Shown: positions 54,511 through 64,000 of the stretch, piece after piece | How positions within the stretch are numbered: the first letter of the stretch is position 1 | How the letters are laid out: each line of letters opens with the position of its first letter | Assembly (NCBI GenBank): GCA_964035575.1 | Contig: OZ037834.1 | Span: forward strand, 744,001-808,000 | DNA from: Rhynchopus sp. YZ270_cl-10 | Lineage: Eukaryota | Length of the DNA: 64,000 bases | Direction: 5' to 3' | Translations under genes and position numbers: made by a program | Notes under the pieces: generated by a model | Told to the model about the DNA's origin: nothing | Databases searched by the model: none | Seen by the model: the letters and a program-made list of their open reading frames with translations, nothing else

Positions 54511-57500
54511 ATGAGTGGGGACAAAGCACCTACATGGCAGACCGCTGCTGTGGCAGCAGGTAGCGCCGCTGCGGTTGCTGCCGCGCTTGCGAAGATGCAC
54601 GACCAGTACGTCGTGAGCCGGCCGATGGCGAGTATCGAGACTGCCATTGAGGCCTTCCGCAATGGAATTCCCTGCGTTGTCATGGATGATGAGGACCGTG
54701 AGAACGAAGGAGACATCATCGTCCCTGCCGGCGCGCTAACAGAGGAGATGTCCACCATCATGATCAACCACACTACTGGGATCCTCTGCGCTCCGATGAC
54801 CGAAGAACGCGCCAGCATGCTTGGACTCGGCCCTATGCTTGCAAACAACCAGGACCCCAAGGGAACTGCCTTCACCGTCACCACCGATTTGAAACCCACT
54901 GTCCCAAAGGATTCTGGTCTCATCCCGGATCTTGCTGACGCTGATGGTGAGACCGGGTTGACCACTGGAGTTTCCGCATACGACAGAATGATCACCTTCA
55001 AAGCATTGGCGCACCCTAAGGCTAGGGCAACAGACTTTGGCCGTCCTGGACACATCTTCCCTCTGAGGGCGAAGCGTGGCGGAGTACCAGAGAGGAGAGG
55101 ACACACCGAGGCATCGGTGGATCTCTGCCGTCTGGCAAACTGTGTCCCAGTCGGTGCCATCGGAGAGCTTGTCAACGAAACCGGAGAGATGAAGCGGCTC
55201 GATGACTGCAAGCGTTTTGGCTACAAATTCGGCTACCCCTGCATCACGATCGACGCCCTGGTGAACTATCTCTACAGAAAGCCCCTCGCCATGCCCACAG
55301 CGAACGTCGCCGTCAACCTCGCGGCCACCTGCACGATCCCGGTGACCCGCGAGGGCCGCTTCCTTGGCATCTGGGATATGTCGTGCTACGTCGAGGCGGG
55401 ACGGCATGAGCATGTGGTCCTCTCCCTGGGGGACATCTCCGCGTCTGATGCAGTTCCGGTTCGCATCCACTCTGAGTGCTTGACAGGAGACCTGATCGGA
55501 AGCATGCGGTGTGACTGTGGTGAGCAGCTCAACGCCGCCTTCCGTCACATCGCCGACAAAGGAGTCGGTGTCATCATCTACATGACCGGGCACGAAGGCC
55601 GTGGTATTGGTCTGATCAACAAGATGCACGCCTACCAGCTGCAGTCCAACGAAGGATACGACACCTACCGCGCGAACAGAGAGCTCGGCTTCCAGGACGA
55701 CATGAGATCCTTCGATGCATGCGCGGAAATCATCAAGCAGATGGGCATGCAGTCGAAGACGGTCCAGCTCCTAACAAACAGTCCACTCAAGGTCCGCGGC
55801 ATGGCTGCCCTCAAGGGAAACGTGAAGATCGAGGTTGTCCCCCTGCTGTGCAAGCACAATGAGTACAACCAACGCTACCTGACCGACAAGAGGAACCACG
55901 AGGCGCGTCTCCGTGAAGGCGGTCTTGCATCCCGTCCGGAGAACATCAGAACGTCGCTCCGTCTGTCGGACCGTGCCCACATCTCCTTGGTCCCCAAGCT
56001 TCGTGTTGCCATCATCCAGACCGTGTGGTTCCACACCCCGCTCAAAGCCCTGAAGAAGCAGGTCATCCGCCACCTGAACGAGGCTGGTGTCACCTCCGAG
56101 AACATCTGCACCATCGAGGTGGCCGGGGCACAGGATATCCCATTCGCTGCCCGCACCGTGGCGTTGACAGGAAAGGTTGACGCCGTGCTCTGCCTTGGTA
56201 TTACCATTCAAGGGGAGGTGAAGCAGGCGTTCAGCTGTCTCTCCTCTGCGGTGTCTCACGGTGTGAACGCAGTGCAGACGGAGACCGGAGTGCCAACCCT
56301 CTTCGGCGTCATCGCATGCAAGCAGCAGCAGCAGGCGATCGACCGCTGCAGTGAAGGGTCCGAGCTTGCGTACTCGCTTGCCCTCTCCACAATCCAGGTT
56401 GCCACCGAGCGTCACATCTTCAGCCCAGCGAAGGCAGGCGCCCTTCCCTCCTTTTCGCAGGACGGCGCGACCTCGCCTCTGGGGTCCAAGCCTAAGGTGT
56501 TGTCTTCTTCGACCGCATCGAACGAAACCCAGGTGCAGGGTCTGGCGGACCTCATTGTGCACCCCTCTGCCGCAGAAATGCCCAACCTCAAGATTGTGGT
56601 TGTCGCTGCAGCATGGCAGGGACGCTACGTGGACTCGGTGGTGAATGGGCTGACCGAGGAGCTCATCTCCCATGGGGTGGACGGAAACAACATTGGAGTG
56701 GTGCGTGTCCCCACTATCTTCAACATTCCGCATGCCGCTGCGGTGGCCGCGGCCAGCGGGGTCGATGCAGTGGTGACCTGCGGTTTCCTGGTGAAGGACG
56801 AAACGTCTCATTTCGACTACGTCGCTCAGGCGCATGCGATCGGAACCCTGCACACCCAGCTGCGTTGTACCATCCCCATCGTGTCTGGGGTGCTTCTCAC
56901 GAACACCGAGGAGATGCTGACACAACGTGCCCCTGATGTGCCGCACCCGCTTGCTGCGTCTGTGTTGCATCAGATTGCCTTTGCCAGAGAGGTGAGCGGT
57001 GTCAAGAAGTCTCCCGCAACGCTCTTCATGTTCGGATCGCAGCCGGGCGCTGAGGAGGCAACGTTGGTTGCTGAGCCTGCCTCGATGCTGAAGGTTCTGA
57101 CCGCCCCGACTGCCGTGCAGGCGAAGAGCATCCGCGTCGGCATTGTGCGCACCGCATGGAATGAGAGCTTCGTGGAGGAGATGGCCGCCGGCATCACGAC
57201 GTACCTCACGGACGCTGGGGTCGCCTCTGTGAACATTGTGGAGCGTGTCGTGCCTGGATCCTACGAGCTTCCTACTGGAGCTCGCATCACCGCTGACGCC
57301 GAAGCTGTCGACGTTGTCGTCTGCCTTGGAGTTCTCCTGAAGGGAGACACCAAGCATTTTGAGTACATCTGTGAGTCCACCTCTGATGCTCTTCTCAAGA
57401 CTGAGGCGGCGACAGAGGTGCCCATCGTATGGGGAGTGCTGACGTGCCAGACGATTGATCAGGCAAAGGAGCGTGCCGTGAGTGCGGAGATGCATGCTGA

Positions 57501-60186
57501 ATGGGGGGCAAGCGCACTGCATCTGGCGCTTCTGCGTGATCAGTCGCCGGCAGCAAAGAAGGGGGCCAAGGCAAGGATGACCCCAGTGCAGACACGTGAG
57601 ATCCCTCCAACGAGCTTGAGGAAGGCGCTGGTAGGGGAGTTGGTGAAGGATATCCCAAGAACGTTGAAGGCGCCGGCGGCAGACGTGGCGGAGAGCATGA
57701 GCATTGCGGTGGTGGCGACGTCGAACGAGGAGTACGCCTTGGTGAGGCAGATGGTGGACGGCATCAGCGCGGTGTTCAGTGCAGCAGGCCTCCCGGAGGT
57801 CAACGTTGTCACCCAATGGGTCCCGACGTCCTTCGACCTCCCCCACGCGGTGAACTGCATTCTCGAGAGCACCCCGGTGCTTGCGGTGCTGGCGGTAGGT
57901 ATGTCACATATTAAACAACCTGACCTTCTTGCAATACGGCTTTATCGGTTTTGACATCCCGAAGGAAATTGCAGTTTTTTTTAGCGGAAGCTCATCCCTC
58001 GGGGTGTCATAACAACTAATATGCAACCCAACATTTTTTTTTATCCACGCGCGTGAAGCTTTATTTTCCTCGCCCACCCAAAAGTACGTGGAGGGGTGTG
58101 AAAATAAAATTTTTATTTTCACCCTGTGAAAATAAAAATTTTATTTTCACCGTTTTTTTTCACCCGTCTTACTGGGGGGGGCCGAATAAACGAGGTAATT
58201 CGAATAAAGCACGTACGTCGAATAAAGCACGCATTTGAAAAATGGGTTTTTTGCTTTTTTTTCCGTCGAATAAAGCACGTACGTGTTTTATTCGACTTTT
58301 TGAACTTTTCCTGTGTTGTAACAAGGTAGTTCGTATTTTGTGAAAATTTAAGTCGCTGAAATTTTGTCCATTTTTCCGTATATCCCCCACCACAAGCCGG
58401 GATTGGCTCGGAAATGCAACAAAATCACCTCTTGGGCGAAAAAAAATCGAAAAAAAAATTGCGACTGGAAAAAGTTTCCAAAAAGTTCGAAAAGGCGAAT
58501 AAAGCACGTACGTGCTTTATTCGCCTTTTCGAACTTTTTTTTTTTTTTAAACCTCAGGATCTGAAGTGTAGGGACGCCTAATAAAACACGTACGTGCTTT
58601 ATTCGACCCCCCCCAGTAAGCCCCCAAACACCCCCAAACTCACCCTATTTTTTTCGAGTTTTTTTTTTCCCCAGGGTATCTGGACTGGGGTGGGGGGACG
58701 GGGCGTGCATGGTGGTAGCTACAAACTTGTTGGAGTAGCCCTCGAGCTGTGTCAGCGGAGGTAATATATTTTAGGGTAAATTGCGATAGCACGTACAAAA
58801 AGTGTGCGTGTTATCGCGAACAAAAACGTACGTGTTTTCCCCAGGTACCCAGTACCAGTACCCCCAATGACATAACGAAGTATCGCTTGAAAGTATCGTT
58901 CAATAACCTTGGGTGTGCAGGTGAAGTAGGACACACAAGGTATATCAAACGATAAATCAATCAGATAAACGTTACATCATTGGAAAATTGTTGGCACCGC
59001 CCCCCTGTCTTCGTATTTAGTACGTCGACAGGCCAAACAGCGTTGGGCTCAGAAGAAGCGGTGCAAGACACTGGAGATCCACACTACAGGTCTCACACGA
59101 CACTTGGGCGGGCTCGGAAAATAAAGCTTCACACTTATGGATAAAATTATGTCTTGGAGTAGAAAATAAGCGTTTTTTTCACCTCGTTGGTGTTTTCAAC
59201 CCTCGTGACTTTAATTCCCTCGCTTCGCTCGTGAATTAAAGTAACTCGGGTTGAAAACACCAACTCGGTGAAAAAAACGACTTATTTTCACTCCAATAAA
59301 TAGCTATTTTTCAAATCACCCCACCCCCACCGCACCTCACACTCACCCAAACAGGAGTCCTCATCGAGGAGGCAAACGACAACTTCGACACCGCCTGCGA
59401 GGCCTCCGCACACGGCCTTCAAGAGGTATGCCTCCCTCCCCCCCATCCACCCCCACCCCCACACTCTAGAATTTCCTCCTTCCCACCCCACCCCCCTTCC
59501 CTCTTACCTATTCAAATTCAAAAAAAAAATTCAAAAAACAGGCCTCCCTCAAGCACAACGTCCCTGTGCTCTTCGGGGTTCTGACCTGCCAGACCAGAGA
59601 GCAGGCAAGGGAGCGTGCCGAGGCGGGGAGTGAGCTGCACTACTCGCTCTCGATGTCTGCCCTGCATATGGCCTGCATGCGCATGCAGCTGGGTCTCCGC
59701 GGGAAGAACGTGGCGGCCAAGAGAGAGCTCGGCGTCGTCGCGACAGTGCCACCTGCCTCTCTGCGCAAGCTCCGTGTCGCGCTTGTCCGCACCAGCTGGA
59801 ATGAGAACAACGTGCTCGCAGTCGTCGAAGCCCTCAGAGGCAAGCTCCTCGACGCTGGTGTCCGCGTTGGAAACATCACAGAGGAGGTGGTCCCCGGAAG
59901 CCACGAGCTTCCCTTCACCGCGCAAAAGATTGTGAGCGCCAAGGAGGCTGACGTTGTCTGTCTCCTCGGCTCCCTGGTCAAGGGGGACGTGGAGAACTAC
60001 GACTACATGGCGGCAGCAACGATCAAGAGCTTCCTTGCCGTGCAGAGGAACCAGACCGCCCCTGTGGTGTGGGGGGTCCGTTGTGTCGAGGAGGGAGACG
60101 CGTTGGCGCTGAACGTCGAAGACCAGGCCGCTCTTCTGTCGACCAGGATTGTTAAGGCATCCAGAGTCCACGCTGAGTTGAACTGA
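54511..60186 (+). CDS. ribBA-ribH: Riboflavin-biosynthesis multienzyme: DHBP synthase (RibB) + GTP cyclohydrolase II (RibA) + five tandem lumazine synthase (RibH) domains; join(54511..57898,59355..59425,59542..60186), 1367 aa
   Basis: RibB motifs DDEDRENEGD, TTGVSAYDR, RPGHIFPL, RRGHTEA. RibA motifs RIHSECLTGD..SMRCDC, EGRGIGL, DMRSF, LLTNSPLK. RibH motifs such as RTAWNE, VPGSYELP, GVLLKGDTKHFEYI, PVLFGVLTC..QARERA. Splicing at two GTATG..CAG introns keeps the frame and restores the missing RibH segment GVLIEEANDNFDTACEASAHGLQE. Confidence 0.92.
58172..58616. mobile_element. Tc1/mariner-type MITE (TA TSD) with internal AATAAAGCACGTACG motifs
   Basis: TA|CTGGGGGGGGCCGAATAAA ... TTTATTCGACCCCCCCCAG|TA. 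Similar termini occur at ~35-44 and ~37447. Confidence 0.85.
59154..59296. repeat. Bulged palindrome with TC/TC internal loops and TCGCTTCGCTC apex
   Basis: Arms GTTGGTGTTTTCAACCC / GGGTTGAAAACACCAAC, ACTTTAATTC / GAATTAAAGT and GAAAATAAG / CTTATTTTC. Confidence 0.9.
59426..59541 (+). other. Intron 2 of the riboflavin gene (phase 0, 116 bp)
   Basis: GAG|GTATGC donor and ACAG|GCC acceptor, in frame with ORF 59566-60186. Confidence 0.88.
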
Positions 60187-63100
60187 AAAAAAAAAAAAAA
60201 TGTGAAGAGTGAGGAAAGAACAACGACGTTGAAAGACACATCGCTTATTTGATCGTTTTTTTTCTCTCTTTTTGGAAGATTTGACAGAATAAGTGTGTTG
60301 TTTATTCTTATTTTTTCGTTTTTTTTTTGTTTTTTTTTTTGCTATTCGTTCAATAAAGGAGAGTATGTGTGGGTACATTTTTTTGTTTTTTGTGTACCAA
60401 AAAAAGGAGGAGAGGTATGCACCTCGCTAGCTAGGACAAATCTCTCGGGATGGGTTTTTCTTTTTTAAAAAAAAAATTCCAAGGTGTACCTAAAGTACTT
60501 ACTGGGGGTGGGGGGAGGCGAACGAAAGAGATATCTCGACACCTCTTGTCATTTGCCCTCCCCCAGCCCCTCCCCCAGCCCCTGTCTTCGGTTCATTTTG
60601 TAAAAAGTGCGTTTTTTTTTCCCTTCTTTTTTCTTTTGCGGCAATGTTTGTGATTTTTTTCTTTTTTTTTGTGAATTTGACCAGGGAAACATGAGGGTTT
60701 AGACATGAAGTTGGGGGTGTTTTTTATCCGAATTGACGAAGCTAGGCATAAGGAATAAGGCATAAGGATAAAGACCCCCCCACCTTTAGTCTAACACGCT
60801 ATTTTGAAAAGTTTTTAAAAAAAAACTTCTTTTTGACGTGGTGTTGCAAATACCATTCGTGTGTACCCCTACACACCATCCCGAGATGGGAAAGGGGTTT
60901 TTTTTTTCTCGCACTGTTTCTTTTGTTACACTTGCTTTTTATGGTTCAAACAGAAGAAGAAAACAGGATCCATAGCAGGGCTAAACAGAGGTATAGGTTC
61001 GACAAAAAAAAATCATCCCATCTTTTTTGGACAAAGGATATATTGAGCAATACCCCTTCGTGGGAAAACCGTGTGTCAAAAAATATGAAGTGCTCGGGGG
61101 GGGGGGTTCGGTAACCCCACCGCGGGAGAATATGCGCCTCGCCGATGTAACGGTGAAGCGTTTTTTTTTTTTTGTGCACTTTTTCAAACACTTCTCTTTT
61201 TTTTTTAGTATTTTGCTCTCGCCGTCTTCCCCCTATTTTTTCCTCCTTCACAACCCCACCTTGGTGACTAAGCCTTTCATGACTCAAGTCACCTTTTTGG
61301 ATTTCAAGTAATTTTTTTTGTTTTTTTTGTTGTGTTTGAGCCCCCCCGTGTTGAACACTGTTTTGTTCATTTTTTTTTGATTTTTTTTTTTTTTTTTGAT
61401 AAATTGTTGGAGTGTAGTTGCGTTCTTGGTTGTGTTGCGCTGTGCACATCTCCACCTTACAGTTTGTCTAGTATCTTTCCTTTTTGAGTATGCCGTTTAT
61501 TTAAAGGTGACTAAGCATGAGAGGCTTGGGCTCATCTTTAAAAAAAAAATTTTTCCGTGTTTTTTTTGTGTCCGTACCAGTTTGGTGTGTATTGTGTGTA
61601 TGTTTGAAAAAGCAGGGTTCCGCGGTAGGTCCTTAGAAACGGAACAGACACACTGTTGGTGCTTTTCGGAAGTCGGTCAACGACCTGTCAGCGACGTGTC
61701 ACGACCTGTCGGTGACCTGTCAATATCGGCCCCTCCCGGAGGCACCAACTGTTTATATTTCTGTCTCCTCTCTACGCTTCGGAGTGTTGAGGCCGGCAAC
61801 AGATGGCTTGCTCTGTTTTTTTGTATCGGGTTCAAAACAAAACAAAAAAATAAAAAACAAAACAAAATATCCCCGATACAAATCTCATAGTAAAAGGAAG
61901 AGAGGAAACCCCCTGTTTGGTCAAATCCCATCTTTTCGGTATTGAAAAAAAAGTGAAAAAAAAATATCTCGAGTCATTTTCCCCCGATTTGTGATGTTTT
62001 TTTTGATAAAATTGTTGGAGTAGTGTTGCCTCGGTTGTGTTGCCACAGTTGTGCAAATCTCCATTTTTCCGAAAGTTCACATGCTTTTTGTTGTTGTTGT
62101 TGTTGTTTTGTTGTTATGTTTTTTTTCTCCCCTATTCCTTCGGCATCACATACGGAGGCTTGCATTTAGCGCTTTCGCGATGTCGTTTAGTTCAGGTGGT
62201 CCTTATTATTTTATTTTATTTTTTGACCAAATTATAATTACAAAAAAGGTAAGTAAATACATTGTTCTTGTTGTTGCTTTTCATCCGGATCGCTGGCATT
62301 GTACAGTACATTATACGGAACGCCTGCATCAACTCTCCACCCACTCCCCCAAAAAAAAGTTTGTGGTCACTCTTCCCAGCCTTTTCTCTTTGAAAACATG
62401 ATGTGTCTGTGTGTGTTGTTTGATAACTAATAGGGGTAAATTCTTGCGCAGAATATGGCCCCAATGTGTGTGTATATGCAACGTGAGGCATATTCTCATC
62501 AGTTTTTTTACTCTCTTCCTTAGCGCGATTGTATATCGATGATTGTTTTCTTCCCCTCCCCCCAGAGTCCAAAGCCCTCTCATCTTCCTCCTCCTCCTCC
62601 TCATCTCCCACGCTTCTTCAGGGGGAGATTATTATTTTTTTTGTAAGGTGACTAAGCACGAGAGAAAAAGATTGATGAATAACCAATGTTCAAAACATTA
62701 AGTAATCTAATCAGACTAAGCACGAGAGGCTTAGGATCATCTTATAAACTTTTCCTTTTTTTTTTTTTCTCTTCCATGCGTCCGCCGATGAACGGTGAGA
62801 CGTCTGCGCTTTTTTCAACTTCTCTTTTCTCCCCTTCCTCCCCTCCACCCACCCCATCACACGACACCTCATGTCAACGTGACATGTGAGAAAGGGCATG
62901 TTGCTTTTCTGGCAATGTAACATGGCATGTGGCAGATGTCATAATGACATGTGCACATGTCATCGTTTTTTTTTTACCATGTCATGTGGCATGTGGCGTT
63001 CGTGCACATGGAGCGTTAAAGTGCGGTAACCTTTCCCTCCCAAAGAAGGTGATTTGCACTGTCAACTTCACTTTGATTTTTTTTTGTTATCAAGAGCAGA

Positions 63101-63954
63101 AGAAAAATTGTTCCAAAAATAAAGTAAAAAAAAATATACCGGTCTCTTGTCTCTGGAATCCTTTTTCACAAAACAAGGACTCCAGAGAGAGACTTGGGTT
63201 TTCATCTTATAAGCTATTCCATTCTTCTTTAGTAAAGATTGTGTGTGCACAGGAAAGCACTTTTTGCATCTTTCTGATTTTCTTTTCTTTTTTGATTCTT
63301 TGAGAGCTTTCAAAAAAGCAACTTCACAAAAACCCCCCATTCCCAAATACCCTGAGGTACCATTAATGTGGTCCCCGGATATAGGAAGGGTGGGGGAGGC
63401 TCTAAAAAAAAATTAAATAAAATAGTGGAGCTCATCCTCTGGGGGGGTGTCACTACCAAAAAAAAGCCAAGTTTTCAATAAACAAAATAAAATGGGAAAA
63501 ATAAAGTACTAATTGAAAAAGTCATCAAAAAAAAAAAAAAATGAAAAAAGTAAACCAGCGAGATCGGGGAGGGGACAAGCGAAGCATTCTCTCAAAAAAT
63601 GGCGACTCAAAGAATTTAAAAAAAAAAAATCGCATTTTTTTTGGATTTTTTTTTAATTGTTCAAATGGTTTCGGCCGACATTGAGTACAGAAGCTTTGTC
63701 CATTGTTATTTGATTTTTTTTTATTAAGTGTACACACTCCAGGGGTTCGATGACCCGCGGAGTGTTAGTGCCTACGCTTCCCAGAGGCGTTTTGCACTAT
63801 CAACTTCACTTATTTTTTTTTAGTTGTCAACAACAATAAAACAACAACAACAACGACTAAAAAAAAAAGAGAGAAAACATTTATCAGACCCACCTCCCAC
63901 CCCCCCCCCGGGGTCCCCCCCCCCGCCAACTTCCCTCGCCATCAAGATGTGACC

Positions 63955-64000
63955 ACCATAGTACCATAGTACCATAGTACCATAGTACCATAGTACCATA
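63955..64000. repeat. 8-bp tandem repeat (ACCATAGT)n running off the window end
   Basis: Direct reading of the sequence. Confidence 0.9.

Larger units (their letters stand above)
57899..59354 (+). other. Intron 1 of the riboflavin gene (phase 1, 1456 bp), filled with nested repeats
   Basis: G|GTATGT donor and ACAG|GA acceptor join to form a Gly codon within the conserved AVGVLI strand. Confidence 0.88.

Noticed and set aside
55771..57846. Long antisense ORFs opposite the riboflavin, LRR and dynamin genes (for example 691 aa here, and 8249-9397, 23501-24682, 40993-42144)
   Set aside because: Shadow ORFs caused by GC3-rich codon usage, with no recognisable motifs.
57899..57954. ORF-track C-terminus (MSHIKQPDLLAIRLYRF*) and a separate gene at 59566-60186
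   Set aside because: This is read-through into intron 1. Canonical splice sites and a 71-nt exon restore a continuous RibH domain.
58195..58605. Spaced repeats (AATAAAGCACGTACG; also GACGAAC at 14714-14893) resembling a CRISPR array
   Set aside because: Irregular spacing and mixed orientation, enclosed by TIRs with TSDs, no cas genes, and a eukaryotic context.
63955..64000. Telomeric repeat at the window end
   Set aside because: The ACCATAGT unit is not TTAGGG-like. It resembles the other internal microsatellites, and the window edge is arbitrary.

Overview
Eukaryotic, repeat-rich window. It is most consistent with a euglenozoan protist, probably a diplonemid: all genes lie on the + strand, most lack introns, the introns are GTATG..CAG, and an 18S rRNA fragment carries euglenozoan-like signatures. 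Gene order: PDZ+TTC39/IML2 protein; a ~35 kb interleaved array of four B-box/B-box/coiled-coil/ubiquitin-like/BspA-type LRR genes and three DRP5/Dlp-like dynamin GTPases; a small WW-like protein; a degenerate 18S rRNA fragment; a PPR-like protein; a secreted or type-I membrane MORN protein; a hotdog thioesterase; and a 3-exon riboflavin gene. The ORF track splits that gene. Once spliced (54511-57898 + 59355-59425 + 59542-60186, 1367 aa) it encodes DHBP synthase (RibB), GTP cyclohydrolase II (RibA) and exactly five diverged lumazine synthase (RibH) domains. This looks like a single-chain version of the normally homopentameric enzyme, with catalytic residues divided among the repeats, and is the strongest candidate for a novel system. 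The LRR/dynamin array shows modular diversification: an 8-nt frameshift that creates a new C-terminal membrane anchor, a charged tail shared between an LRR gene and a dynamin, and mosaic paralogs. Intergenic DNA holds many nested non-autonomous DNA transposons (8-bp, 9-bp, TA, TAA and recurrent 6-bp TSDs), bulged palindromes with a GCGAAGC apex, short hairpin repeats and microsatellites. Domain calls come from motif recognition by eye; no searches were run.
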